Positions 20,345-32,522 are shown, numbered from the stretch's first letter. The stretch: DNA of 64,000 nt from an uncultured Gemmatimonadales bacterium (GCA_963846945.1 CAWJXX010000003.1:82200-146199), one strand, 5' to 3'. Program-made: numbers and translations. The notes: generated by a model from the sequence alone, not told the origin.

Positions 20345-23174
20345 TCGCATCCAGCCAGTTGTCCCCGACGCCGACATCCGCCACCAGGGGTACGCGGAGC
20401 GGCATTACGGACTCCATTTCCGTCTTGACCAGCAATTCCATCACCGGGACTTCGGCCGCCGGGACCTCGAATACGAGCTCGTCGTGCACCTGCAGCAGCA
20501 TGCGGCTCTCGAGGCGGCGCTCCGACAGCAGCGCGTGAATGCGGGTCATCGCCAGCTTGATCAGGTCCGCCGCCGAGCCCTGCAGCGGTGAGTTCTGCGC
20601 GTTCCGCTCGCCGTAGCTTCGCAGGTTGAAGTTCTTTTCGCGCACCTCGGGGATGTAGCGCCGCCGGCCAAGGAGCGTCTCGACATATCCCTGCTCGCGC
20701 GCCAGCTCGACCTGACGGTCGAGGAACGCCCGCACGCCGGCGAAGCGCTCGAAATACTGGGAGATGAACTGCTTCGCCTCATCCTGCGTGATCCCCAACT
20801 GGCGGCTCAGCGCAAAGGGGCCCTGCCCGTAGATGGTCGCGAAATTGATGGTCTTGGCCCGGCCTCGCTGTTCGCTGTTCACCTGTCCTACCGGCACATT
20901 GAAGATGAGCGCGGCCGTCTGCCGGTGGATGTCACCTCCCTGCACGAATGCTTCGATGAATGCCGGATCACCCGACAGGTGCGCCATGATGCGCAACTCG
21001 ATCTGGCTGTAGTCGGCCACCACGAAGCGGCACCCGGTGGCGGGCACGAATCCCCGGCGAATACCCTCGCCGCGCGGCGTGCGGACAGGGATGTTCTGCA
21101 GGTTCGGGTCCGACGATGAGAGCCGCCCGGTGGCTGCGCCGGTCTGGTTGAAGGTGGTGTGAATTCGCCCGGTCCCCGGATTCACCTCGAGCGGCAGGGT
21201 GTCGACGTAGGTGGACTTGAGCTTCTGCAGCTCGCGATAGCTGAGAATGAGCCGCGGAAGGGCGTGCCCCATCTCGGCGAGCTGCTCCAGGACGTCCGCA
21301 TCGGTCGAGGGGCCCGTCTTGGTCTTCTTGAGCACCGGCAACTGGTGCTTGTCGAACAGCACTGCGGCCAGCTGGCGTGGCGAGTTGATGTTGAGCGCCT
21401 CACCCGCCACGACCGCGATCTCCCCCTGCAGCTGCTCCAGGTCGCGAGCCAACTCGTTCGAGAGTCGCTTGAAGAGCGCGAGGTCGATCTGGACACCGGC
21501 CCACTCCATGTCCACCAGCACCGGGAGCAGCGGCATCTCCACGTTGTCCAGCACGCCCCCCATGGGTGTCCCGGCCAGGGCCGGCGCGAGGGCCGTGTGC
21601 AGCGCGAGCACGGTGGCGCCCTCATTGCCACAGAAGGCGGCCGCGGCCGACACGGGCACCTCTGCGAACGGGATCTCGGTCCGTCCGCGCCCGGCGAGGT
21701 CGACGTAGCCCCGCATGGTGCGACCGAGATACTCGAGCGAGAGGACCTCGAGATCGTAGGAGCGCCGACCGGAGTCGAGCAGGAAGCCGGCGACGAGTGA
21801 ATCCCAGGCGGCACCCGCCAGCTCCACCCCAGCCGTGCGCAGGACCTGCCAGTCGAACTTGATGTGGTGGCCGGCCTTGGGCACCGTCGGGTCGGTGAGC
21901 AGCGCGACCAGCGGCAGGCATGCCGGGTTGGAGAGCGGCGGCAGGTTGCGAACCGGGGCGGGCGCGGCCAGCTCGCCGCCCTGTGGCCGGTGGCCGAACG
22001 GGAAGTACCAGGCTTCGCCAGGACTCCCCGCGAGCGACATGCCGATCAACTCGGCGCCTTGTGGCGCGCGCGCGTTGATCGCCGTGGTGATGGCGACGAG
22101 CGGCGCGGCGCGCAGTTGCGCGATCACGCGCGGAAGTTCGGCGGGATCGTCGACCACCTCCACGATACCGAAGGGCGCGCTCGGCGCCGATGCCGCCACC
22201 TCCAGGACCACTGCAGGCTCGGGCACCGCGCGCTTCGCCTCACCGTCAACACCGGGCCCCTCGGTCACCGCCGGCTCGGCGACGACGAGCTTCTTCACCA
22301 GGGAGAAGAACTCGAGCTCGGTCAGCAGCTGGGTGAGGCCCGCCTGGTCGGCCGCACGCGGCCGAAGCTCCTGCACTGACGTCGCCACCGGCACATCGAG
22401 ATGGATGGAGACCAGTTCGCGCGAAAGCCGGGCATTGTCGGCATATGCCAGTAGCGCCTCCCGGGTGCGCTTGGCATCCACCTTTTCGGCGCTCGCGAGG
22501 ATGGTCTCGAGGTTGCCATACTCGGCGAGGAGTTTCTGCGCACCCTTCTCGCCTATGCCCTTGACCCCGGGCACGTTGTCGGAACTGTCGCCCACGAGCG
22601 CCAGGAAATCGATGACCTGTGAGGGCGGCACGCCGAGACGCTCGTGTGCGTTGGTCTCGTCGACCCAGGTCTCCTCGACGGCCGCGGGTCCGCCGCGCCC
22701 CGGGTTGAGCAGCACGATGCCAGGCCGGATCAGCTGGTAGAAGTCCTTGTCGCCCGAGACGATGACGGCCTGCATGCCCGACGCGGCAGCCTGCACCGCG
22801 AGGGTGCCGATGACATCGTCGGCCTCATAGCCCGCGACCTCCACCAGCGGGACACCCAGGACCGCGAGCAGCTGGTCGATGCGCTCGCACGCGCGATCGA
22901 AATCGGCCTGCAGCTCGGCATCCAGTTTCTGCCGCGTGGACTTGTAGGCCGGGTACTTCGCCGTGCGGAACGAGTCGCCGGCGTCGTTGATCCAGGCCAG
23001 GTAGTCCGGCTTGTGTTTTTCGCGCAGGCGAAGGAGGAAGTTGACGACGCCCCAGGCGGCGGAAGTGTTCTCACCCTGGGCAGTGCGCAGGGGACGCGAG
23101 ATCAGCGCGAAGAATGCGCGATAGATCAGGGCGTACCCGTCAATGAGGAAGAGGCGCGGGGGCGTACCCTCCAT
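20337..23174 (-). CDS. polA: DNA polymerase I
   Basis: LIDGYALIYRAFF, EADDVIGT, GDSSDNVPGV, TGRLSSSDPNLQNIP, DYSQIELR, LQVHDELV. Confidence 0.98.
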   Translation of the reverse strand: MEGTPPRLFLIDGYALIYRAFFALISRPLRTAQGENTSAAWGVVNFLLRLREKHKPDYLAWINDAGDSFRTAKYPAYKSTRQKLDAELQADFDRACERIDQLLAVLGVPLVEVAGYEADDVIGTLAVQAAASGMQAVIVSGDKDFYQLIRPGIVLLNPGRGGPAAVEETWVDETNAHERLGVPPSQVIDFLALVGDSSDNVPGVKGIGEKGAQKLLAEYGNLETILASAEKVDAKRTREALLAYADNARLSRELVSIHLDVPVATSVQELRPRAADQAGLTQLLTELEFFSLVKKLVVAEPAVTEGPGVDGEAKRAVPEPAVVLEVAASAPSAPFGIVEVVDDPAELPRVIAQLRAAPLVAITTAINARAPQGAELIGMSLAGSPGEAWYFPFGHRPQGGELAAPAPVRNLPPLSNPACLPLVALLTDPTVPKAGHHIKFDWQVLRTAGVELAGAAWDSLVAGFLLDSGRRSYDLEVLSLEYLGRTMRGYVDLAGRGRTEIPFAEVPVSAAAAFCGNEGATVLALHTALAPALAGTPMGGVLDNVEMPLLPVLVDMEWAGVQIDLALFKRLSNELARDLEQLQGEIAVVAGEALNINSPRQLAAVLFDKHQLPVLKKTKTGPSTDADVLEQLAEMGHALPRLILSYRELQKLKSTYVDTLPLEVNPGTGRIHTTFNQTGAATGRLSSSDPNLQNIPVRTPRGEGIRRGFVPATGCRFVVADYSQIELRIMAHLSGDPAFIEAFVQGGDIHRQTAALIFNVPVGQVNSEQRGRAKTINFATIYGQGPFALSRQLGITQDEAKQFISQYFERFAGVRAFLDRQVELAREQGYVETLLGRRRYIPEVREKNFNLRSYGERNAQNSPLQGSAADLIKLAMTRIHALLSERRLESRMLLQVHDELVFEVPAAEVPVMELLVKTEMESVMPLRVPLVADVGVGDNWLDAKS

Positions 23175-24511
23175 CAGTTTCCTTGTCGCGATGCGATGCG
23201 CTCGAACTCCGAGCGTGACTCCGGCGTCAGGCGGAATCGATTGAAGCCCGAGTCATCGCGGAAATACAGCGTCAGCCGAAGTGGCGTGTAGGTCCAGCGG
23301 ATCACCCGGGTCGTCGTGAGCCCGTTGCTGTCGAGGACATCGTCTGGGGGCCCGATCCGGATGTAGACCTCGCCCCGGTCGGTGCGCCAGCCGGGCATGC
23401 CTTCATCGTGGAATTGCTGCGCCGCCACCGCGACACGGCCGAAGTAGGCGTTGAGCGCCTCGTTTTCGGGCGAGTCGGGATTGGGGTCCGTCTCCTTCCA
23501 GAACTTGAGCCAGGCGGCCGCGCGATCATTCGGCTCCGCCTTCTTCAGGCGGTCTACGTCCTGCTGGTGGCCGAACCAGCGCAACATGCTGATCATCTCG
23601 TCGAAATTGGTCACCAGCCATGCCGACGAGAATGACACGGCAGCCGAGACCGATTTCTGCTCCGGTGCGCTGCCGACCACGAGCCGCAACTCGCCGAGCG
23701 CCATGCTGTCGGGGCGCAGCTTGATGAACTGGCTCTCGACCGGCAGCCCCCCCGGAAGCGCAGGGAGTCGCTGAAGACCACGCTGTCGGTCGCGGTGCGC
23801 ACCTGGAAGGGGACGGCAGTGGGCTTGGGGAAGTTGTAGCCCTCGAGATAGGCGAGCAGCGTATCGCCGCCGTACGCCACTGCCCCGCGGGGATTGAGCA
23901 CGATCTTGAGGGACTGGTCCAGTCGTTCCCGGCCTGTCACCTGATAGGTGAGGATCGGCGCCGAGGTGGTCGCCGCGCCAATGGGTGCCACCACCAGTGG
24001 CAGTTCCGCCTTGTTGAGCGTGCCCGACTGCAGGTCGCGCACCGTCACGGTGACCTGATAGCTCCCCGGCACGCAGCCGGAAGAACTTCTGGAACAGGAT
24101 GCTTTCATCGGCCCGGGCGGTTTCCTGGAAGTTGTCGACCCGCACCGTCTCTTCCTGGCCACCGCTCACCGCTCGCCCCGTGGCCGGCTGGAAGGCCGCA
24201 TCGACCCGGTAGTGCGCGACAAACCCGTCCTTGTCCTTCTGGAAGGAAAGGGCGCGATTCTCGAGCGAAAGGCCAAGGATCACCAGGATGGTGTCGCCCG
24301 ACGCCTTCACCTGGGCAACCGAACCGGTGAAGGGCAGCGGATCGCCCGCCGACAGGCGGCCCAGCTTCTTGAACAGGGCCTGCTGGTCGAGCAGTCCGGT
24401 AAACCCCTCGGACGGTGGCGGGGCGTCGTTCGATCCCGCGCGCTTCCAGCCACCGCAGGCCCCGAGCAGACCCACCGTTACCACCAGCACCAGTCCGCTG
24501 ATCCGTCGCAT
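23174..24511 (-). CDS. GWxTD-domain lipoprotein (two compensating frameshifts near 24075 and 23750)
   Basis: Lipobox LLGA-C; FWKETDPNP...NE...GWRTDRGEVYIRIGPPD; the true middle segment is in ORF 23611-24162. Confidence 0.85.
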   Translation of the reverse strand: MRRISGLVLVVTVGLLGACGGWKRAGSNDAPPPSEGFTGLLDQQALFKKLGRLSAGDPLPFTGSVAQVKASGDTILVILGLSLENRALSFQKDKDGFVAHYRVDAAFQPATGRAVSGGQEETVRVDNFQETARADESILFQKFFRLRAGELSGHRDGARPAVGHAQQGGTATGGGTHWRGDHLGADPHLSGDRPGTTGPVPQDRAQSPRGSGVRRRYAARLSRGLQLPQAHCRPLPGAHRDRQRGLQRLPALPGGLPVESQFIKLRPDSMALGELRLVVGSAPEQKSVSAAVSFSSAWLVTNFDEMISMLRWFGHQQDVDRLKKAEPNDRAAAWLKFWKETDPNPDSPENEALNAYFGRVAVAAQQFHDEGMPGWRTDRGEVYIRIGPPDDVLDSNGLTTTRVIRWTYTPLRLTLYFRDDSGFNRFRLTPESRSEFERIASRQGN

Positions 24512-24639
24512 TCGACTCCTCGAGGGCGGCGCGCGACCCGCAACGCCGGTGTTACATCGTCATCACAGCGAGCCCGATTTTGGCGGACATCTGGGCGAAA
24601 GCTTGCTGGCTCGGCGAGGGCGCGCTAGCTTCGCCGGTC

Positions 24640-25532
<893 letters not shown>

Positions 25533-25536
<4 letters not shown>

Positions 25537-26084
25537 CAGATCAGCAGGCGCTCGAACAACTGCTGCGGGAGCGCTCCCTGCGCTTCGGTGACTTCCTCCT
25601 CGCCTCCGGCCAGCGTTCCAGCTACTACATCGATTGCAGGCTCACCACCATGTCGGCTCCGGGCATGGTGCTCATCGGTCGTCTCGGGTTGCAGGCGGTC
25701 CGTGCGGCCGGCTGGGCCCCTGACGCGATCGGCGGCCTGACAATGGGCGCTGATCCCGTGGCGTACGCGGTCGCCGCAGCCAGCGCGTCGAACGCGCCGG
25801 CGATCGACGCCTTCAGCGTTCGCAAGGAAGTGAAGACGCATGGGACGGGGCGAGCGATCGAGGGGAATTTCCGGGAGGGTGCGAGCGTGGTTGTGGTGGA
25901 GGATGTCATCACCTCCGGAGGCTCGGCCGAGAAGGCGATCAGCGCGGTGCGTGACGCGGGCGGCCATGTTCTCGGCGTCCTTGCGGTCGTTGACAGGGAG
26001 CAAGGTGGTCGAGCCCACCTGGAAGCTCTTGGCCATCGAGTTGTAGCATTAACAACTACTAGTGAACTGGGAGTCAAGAGCTAG
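25533..26084 (+). CDS. pyrE: orotate phosphoribosyltransferase
   Basis: FLLASGQRSSYYID, RKEVKTHG, VVEDVITSGGS; GTGA overlap with the kinase stop. Confidence 0.95.
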
Positions 26085-26092
26085 GACCTGGG
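26058..26092 (+). repeat. degenerate heptamer array over the pyrE stop
   Basis: ACTAGTG AACTGGG AGTCAAG AGCTAGG ACCTGGG; shares the 13-mer TGGGAGTCAAGAG with the polA array. Confidence 0.5.
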
Positions 26093-26093
26093 C

Positions 26094-27266
26094 ATGCCCA
26101 GTGTAAAGCGCACCGCCGATGTCGTGATCATCGGCGCCGGCGTCATGGGCGCCAGCGTCGCGTGGCATCTCGCCGCGCTGGGCTGCACCAACGTGATCGT
26201 GCTCGACAGGGAGCCGGTCGCCGGCAACGGCAGCACCGGTCGCGCCACGGGTGGTTTCCGCTCGCAGTTCGCGTCTCCGATCAACGTGGCCCTCTCGCTG
26301 CTCTCCCGCGACAAGCTCCGCCGGTTCCGGGAGGACACGGGCGGCGATTGTGGCTACGAGCCGGTCGGCTACCTGTTTCTCGCCAGCGACGACACGGAGC
26401 TCGCCATCCTGGAGCGGGCCATCGTTATACAGCGCGCGGCGGGCTTGCTCGAATCGGAGTTGATCGGTGTCACGGAGATCGCTCGACGCAACCCGGCCAT
26501 CGTCCTGGATGACGTGCACGGCGGAAGTTTCGGCGCGACCGACGGATATATCCGCCCCATGGGCATCCTGCGCGGCTACCTCGATGCGGCGATCCGGGCC
26601 GGCGTTGTGGTCGAGTACGCGGCCGCGCCGACGCGGTTGCGGAGCGAGGGCGGGCGAATCACCGAGGTGCAGACGCCGTCCGGGTCGATCGCCGCCGGCG
26701 CGGTCGTCAACGCGGCCGGATGCTGGGCCGATCTTGTGGCCGAACTCGCCGGGGTGGCGTTGCCGGTGACGCCGGTACGCCGGCAGGTGGCGCTGACGGT
26801 GCCAACGGCGGCACTGCCGCCAGACATGCCGATGACGATCTTCGCCAGCGATGGATACCACCTCCGGGTGCGCGATGGCCGCGTGCTGCTGCTCTGGCCC
26901 GCCGAGACCCAGGGCGTCAACCGCCATGACATCACGTTCGATCCCGCGTGGCTGCAGGGCGTGGTGACCCGGACCCGGGCACGCGTCCCGGTCCTGCGCG
27001 ACGTGGCCATTGATTTCGCGGGATGCTGGTGCGGGCTGTACGAGATGTCACCCGATCACCATGCCATCGTGGGCGCGGCCCCGGCCCTCGACAACTTCTT
27101 CCTGATCAATGGATCGTCGGGTCACGGCGTCATGCACGCACCGGCGCTGGGCCAGCTCCTCGCGGAGGTGATCCTCCATGGGCGCGCCCGGTCGCTGGAC
27201 ATCACGGCACTCCGTCCGACACGCTTTCTCGAGGGCGCCCCCAACCCGGCGCCCGTCCTCCTCTAG
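26094..27266 (+). CDS. FAD-dependent oxidoreductase (DAO / sarcosine oxidase beta family)
   Basis: GAGVMG dinucleotide motif, GSTGRATG, VVNAAG, GSSGHG. Confidence 0.9.
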   Translation: MPSVKRTADVVIIGAGVMGASVAWHLAALGCTNVIVLDREPVAGNGSTGRATGGFRSQFASPINVALSLLSRDKLRRFREDTGGDCGYEPVGYLFLASDDTELAILERAIVIQRAAGLLESELIGVTEIARRNPAIVLDDVHGGSFGATDGYIRPMGILRGYLDAAIRAGVVVEYAAAPTRLRSEGGRITEVQTPSGSIAAGAVVNAAGCWADLVAELAGVALPVTPVRRQVALTVPTAALPPDMPMTIFASDGYHLRVRDGRVLLLWPAETQGVNRHDITFDPAWLQGVVTRTRARVPVLRDVAIDFAGCWCGLYEMSPDHHAIVGAAPALDNFFLINGSSGHGVMHAPALGQLLAEVILHGRARSLDITALRPTRFLEGAPNPAPVLL

Positions 27267-27283
27267 CTCGCGGGGATGCTCTC

Positions 27284-27667
27284 ATGCGCCACGTCCTGAC
27301 TCCCGATGCGCCACGCCCTGCCGGTCACTACTCCCAGGGCATCGTGCACAATGGTGTGGTGTACGTCGCGGGACAGCTGCCGCTCGACCCCAACTGGCCC
27401 GACGCGCCGCATGGCACGGTCGAGGAACAGACCCGTCGCGTTCTTCGCAATGTGGAAGCGATCCTGCGTACTGCCGGGAGCGATCTCGATCACCTCCTTA
27501 CCGTGACGATCTACCTCACGGACGTCGCGCTCTGGCCCGCCGTCAACGCCGCGTATGCAGCGGTCCTGGGCAACCATCGTCCGGCGCGAACCGTCGTGCC
27601 CGTACCTGCGCTGCATCACGGTTACCTGATCGAGGTGACGGCTACCGGCGCGCTACGCGGGGAATGA
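27284..27667 (+). CDS. RidA/YjgF family imine deaminase
   Basis: GHYSQG, VAGQLP, RPAR with the catalytic Arg, LIEV. Confidence 0.9.
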   Translation: MRHVLTPDAPRPAGHYSQGIVHNGVVYVAGQLPLDPNWPDAPHGTVEEQTRRVLRNVEAILRTAGSDLDHLLTVTIYLTDVALWPAVNAAYAAVLGNHRPARTVVPVPALHHGYLIEVTATGALRGE

Positions 27668-27763
27668 TCTCGGCTCGCGCAGCCGGCACGCTGAACCCGA
27701 CCGCACCTGCGGATCGTACGGGAAGGGGTTCCTCACCTCCATCCTCGTCACGCCAGGAGCGCG

Positions 27764-28279
27764 ATGCGCCGGCCCTCCATGCTGCTGTGCCTGCTCGTCG
27801 TATTGATGGCGGCGCCCGTTGCTGCCCAGACGCCGCCCCCCGCGTGCACCGCGGCTCCGTATCGACAGTTTGATTTCTGGGTCGGTGACTGGGAGGTGAC
27901 CGACAGCGCGGGCCACACCGTGTACGGGACCAACCTCGTGACGCGAGAAGAGGGCGATTGCCTGGTGCACGAGCACTGGGTGGGCTCGCGCGGCGGCACG
28001 GGCCAGAGCCTCAATTTCTACGACCCGACGCGCAAATACTGGGAACAGGTCTGGGTCGGCAACGATGGACTCGTGCTCACGATCACCGGCGGGCTCGACG
28101 GCCCCGCCATGGTACTCACCGGGGAGGCCGCGACTCCGGGCGGCCAGCTCATGAAGCAGCGGGCCGCGTGGACCCCCGAGCCGGACGGCCGGGTGCGCCA
28201 GTACTGGGAACAGTCGGGCGACGGCGGCAAGACATGGACGGTCGCCTTCGATGGCTGGTATCGTCCACGACCCCACTGA
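27764..28279 (+). CDS. exported hypothetical protein (QFDFWVGDW family)
   Basis: Signal peptide ending VAA-Q; QFDFWVGDWEV; SGDGGKTW; SD AGGAG. Confidence 0.8.
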   Translation: MRRPSMLLCLLVVLMAAPVAAQTPPPACTAAPYRQFDFWVGDWEVTDSAGHTVYGTNLVTREEGDCLVHEHWVGSRGGTGQSLNFYDPTRKYWEQVWVGNDGLVLTITGGLDGPAMVLTGEAATPGGQLMKQRAAWTPEPDGRVRQYWEQSGDGGKTWTVAFDGWYRPRPH

Positions 28280-28323
28280 CTCCCACGGTGCACCCGGCTC
28301 CCACCCGTTCGTCACCCACTGCA

Positions 28324-29196
28324 TCACGACGACAAATGCTGGACGCCCGAACGCTGTAACGGATGAAACCGTCCCCATGTGCCGGCGTAGGGTTCAATTA
28401 GCAACCTGATGAAGCGCTCGACGGCGGCCGGGAATGGAAACCGGTGACGGAACTCCGTCGACGTTATGCCCAGCAGTGACCGGACATGACGTCCAAAGGA
28501 CTGGGGCGATGAGTATTCCAGGCGATAGGCGACGTCTGCCACGGACAGTCCCGCATCTTCAAAGAGCTGCGCCGCATGCAGCAGGCGGATTGCGGCGAGA
28601 TAGCTCTTGGGACTTGGGAGTTCGGCTCGTGCAAAGCGCGACATGAGGGTGCTCGGCCGCACGCCGAGTCGCTTGGAGAGGATGCGCACGGTGGGCGTAT
28701 CTGGTGCGAGGCGAATGACGGCCTCCAGGAAAAGTCGGGTGTCGGGTGTGACATCCTGAAGTGCCGCGAGGACCGGCCCCTGGATGCGGGCGACCGAGCG
28801 GGTCACGGGCTGGCTCAGGACTTCGCGGAGGTGCGCCCAGCCCGCGGGTGCGGTAACGTCGATGACGCGCTTGACGCCGCTCGCACCCAGCAGGAGCAAG
28901 GTTTCGGTGGCGCGCGGGCCATGTTGCGACACCAGCGCCACGGTGGGAACGCTGGGAAACTCGCGCACCAGGTGGGCGATGCCATCCACCTGCTCGGGAC
29001 CGCAGAGCTGGACGGAGAGCAGCACGGCATCAACTGGGCGCTCACGCACCATGCGAATCGCGTCGCCAATGGATTCGCGATGCAGGATGGCGAAGCATCC
29101 GGTGCCGGCGGCGTCCACGCGGGAGCGCTCGGCAGGAGACAGGACGGCGGCGACGGTAGGCGAAGCCCCGGCGCCAGCAGGCGCAGACGCAGGCAT
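28324..29196 (-). CDS. AraC-family regulator with a degenerate receiver-like N-terminus
   Basis: C-term SVADVAYRLEYSSPQSFGRHVR; N-term VDAVLLS lacks the phospho-Asp. Confidence 0.85.
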   Translation of the reverse strand: MPASAPAGAGASPTVAAVLSPAERSRVDAAGTGCFAILHRESIGDAIRMVRERPVDAVLLSVQLCGPEQVDGIAHLVREFPSVPTVALVSQHGPRATETLLLLGASGVKRVIDVTAPAGWAHLREVLSQPVTRSVARIQGPVLAALQDVTPDTRLFLEAVIRLAPDTPTVRILSKRLGVRPSTLMSRFARAELPSPKSYLAAIRLLHAAQLFEDAGLSVADVAYRLEYSSPQSFGRHVRSLLGITSTEFRHRFPFPAAVERFIRLLIEPYAGTWGRFHPLQRSGVQHLSS

Positions 29197-29395
29197 GACA
29201 ACCTCTTTTGTTGGGATGTAGGGCGAGGATGGCCCGTGGAACTCAACCGGTTGTCAAATAGTTCGTGGAACCCCGGGGCGCGACCGCTGCGCAACCACTC
29301 GCGGGTTTCGGGCGTCCAAGGTAGGTAGGGAACCCCGTTCGGGCAGCCGCCGACGGGGCTTCTTCGCCTTCCCCGACGATTTTGTGGAGCCGCGG

Positions 29396-32300
29396 ATGAG
29401 CAGTGATCCGATCAGGCCCGACTTGCGCGAGCGCCTTCAGCGAGCCCTGGGGACGCAATACCGGCTCGAGCGCGAGCTCGGTCGCGGGGGCATGGGCGTG
29501 GTCTTCGAGGCCACGGATACCGCCCTCGATCGGCGCGTGGCCATCAAGGTCGTCCACCCCTCGCTGACCCATCACGACGGCATCGTCCGTCGCTTCCTGG
29601 CCGAAGCGCGCATGATCGCGCGTTTCCGCCATCCCGGCATCGTGGCGGTGCACTCGGCGGGGACCGCGGACGGACTCCTCTACTATGTGATGGACCGGGT
29701 CGACGGGGAGACGTTGCGCGACCGGATGCGTCGCGAGCCGCAGCTGAGCATCGAGGACACGCGGCGCATCACCGCCGATGTCGCGCTGACGCTGGCGGCC
29801 GCCGCCCAGGCGGGCCTGGTCCATCGCGACGTGAAGCCGGAGAACATCCTGATCGACGGCGCATCGGGACGCCCGATGCTGGTGGATTTCGGCATCGCGC
29901 GCGCGATGGCGGGCGACGCCGATGGCGAGGAGCCGACGACGGGCCGCGGCGTGGCACTCGGCACCCCGGCGTACATGAGTCCGGAGCAGGCCGCAGGCGA
30001 GGAAGTCGATGCGCGCAGCGACCTCTATTCGCTCGGCATCGTGGCGTACGAGATGCTCACCGGTGCCCCGCCGTTCACGGGGTCGCATCGCGTGGTGATC
30101 TCGCGCCACCTCACCGATCGTCCCGCGCCCATCGAGAAGTCGCGCCCCGACAGTCCCGTGTCGCTTCGCGGTGCGGTCATGCGTGCCCTGGAAAAGCATC
30201 CGGACGAACGCTGGCAGACGGGGCACGATTTCTTTGCGGCGCTGAGTGGCGAGCATGCCATCGGGGTGCGGCCCGTCACGTCGGAGCAAGCGCCTGGCCT
30301 GGCTCGCCGGCGCCGCGGCGCTGGTGATCACCGCCGTCGCCCTCAAGGCGACCAGCCACGACGGCCCGCCGCGCGGCGTCAATCCGCGGCAGTCGATCCT
30401 GGTGCTGCCCTTCGCCAATGTCCGTGGCGATTCATCGAGCGAGTGGCTCCGTGAGGGGAGCGTGAACATGCTCTCGCTCGCGCTGGGTCAATGGAAGGAC
30501 CTGCAGGTGATTGGCCCGGAACGGGTGCACGACCTGATGGAGGGCGCGCATCTCGGGGAACGTGGCGGCATGGGACTCGAGGCCGCGCGCAACCTTGCGC
30601 GCAAGGCCGGCGTCTGGACCGTCGTCCTGGGTGAGTTCGATCGCAGTGGCGACACCCTGCGGCTCGCCGCGCGCGTCATCGACGTGGCCACCGGCAGGCA
30701 GGTCGATCTTGCGCGTGCGGAAGCGCCAGCCGATGCCGACGACGAGGTCCGTCCGCTGTTCGACAAGCTTGCCGCCAAGCTGCTCGACCTGTCCGGGGCG
30801 CCGGAGGGCGAACGGATCGGACTCGCCCAGGCGACCACGCAGTCGATCGAGGCCTTCCGGGCCTACCTGGCGGGGAACGAAGCGCTCAACCACTGGGACC
30901 TGATCACCGCCGATGCCTCGCTCCGAAAGGCGATCGCGGCCGACACCACCTTCGGGCTCGCCTACTACAAGCTCGCCGTCACCCGCGGATGGGAATACGG
31001 CGCCGACGATTCGCTGGGCTCGGAAGCGATTGCGCGGGCCGAACTGCACCTGAGCCGGCTCCCGGCGCACGAGCAGACGATGATCCACGCCTATCGCAGC
31101 TTCCTGCAGGGGGACAACATCGAGTCGCGGCGGCTGTACGACAGCCTGCTGGCGCGGAATCCCGATGACGCGGACGTGTGGTACGGCCTGGGCGATTCCT
31201 GGTTCCACGACAGCAAGGTGCCGCTCCCCGCGCGCTTCACGGCGTCGCTGCGCGCGTTCAAGCGCGCGCTGGCGCTCGATCCGGGATATGCGCTCGCCTT
31301 CGAGCACGTCAACTTCATACTGGGGCGGGCTTCGCGCGCCACGCCATCCTGGGTACTGCTCCCCGGCGACTCCATCGCGATGGTCTACAGCGACAAGGGC
31401 GCCCGGATTCTCGACTCGAGCGTCACCAGTGCTGCGATCAAGCGCGGACGACTCGAGGCGGTGCGATTGGCGCGCGACTGGACCAGCCTGCAGCCGGGCA
31501 CGGCGCGCGCGCATGAGGCCCTGCTGGCGGCGTTGCTCTCCGCGCAGGACCTGGACGGCGCCAGCAGCGAGGTCGCGCGGTTTCGTGCGCTCGCGCCGAA
31601 CCACCCCGAGCTGCCCTTCGATGACGCGCGCATCCGCTTTGCGGCGGGTGATCCCCAGAAAGCCGCGCGGCTCATCGGCATCTCGATCGACTCGCTCACT
31701 GCCGAGGACCTGAAGCCGATTGCCGGCGCAGGTGACGCCGCGGAGCGGATCGCGATCGCCGCCAACGTGCTGGCCTACCAGGGTAACGTCGTGCGCGCCG
31801 CCAAGCTGATTGACCTCGCCAATCGCGTGCGATTCGGTGAGCCCGAGGCCGGCAGCCACCTCGCACGCGAACGCGATCAGTGGAACTGGCGGATGCAGGG
31901 CGAACTGTATGCGGCCGTCGGCGTTCCCACCGCCGGCATGCGGCGCATCTGGCAGAGCGCGGCCGATGCGAGCCGGTCGGTGCCATCCGAAAAGCGGGCC
32001 GGGCTGCTCGCCGCCGGTGGTGCCGCCGCAGTCGGGCTGTTCACGTCGGTGACACCCGATCAATCGGCCCTGAGCGAAATGCAGGCAATGGGCGGTGCCC
32101 AGCCGGTCAAGGAAGTGCGCGCGCTCATGGCACTCGAGCGAAACGACCAGGCTGGTGCCCGCAAGGCCCTGGCCGAGCCGGACACGGAAGTGCCGAACAT
32201 GAAGGCACCCCAGTACACGGTCTTCCGGCGTCCGCTCGCAGCACAGGCGTACTACCTGCTCGGTGACTACGAGCGCGCGCTCAAGTTGCTGGAGGGATTC

Positions 32301-32522
32301 GACGGGCCGGAACTCAACGCCGATCAGTTCGACATGCGCTGGGGCATCCTGGGTCGCGTGCGGTTGCTGCGCGGTGCGGTGCTGGAGAAGCTCGGACGGA
32401 ACGACGATGCCCGTGAGCAGTACAAGCTGGCACTCGCGCAGTGGAGTGGCGCGGATCCCGACCTGCAGATCTTCGTGCAGGAGGCACAGCAGAAACTGGC
32501 ACAGCTGCAGGAGCGTAGTTAG
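29396..32522 (+). CDS. membrane Ser/Thr kinase with TolB_N-like and TPR domains (frameshift near 30285)
   Basis: GRGGMG, HRDVKPEN, DFG, GTPAYMSPEQ; then TM, SILVLPFAN, TTQSIEAFRAYL, TPR repeats. Confidence 0.9.
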
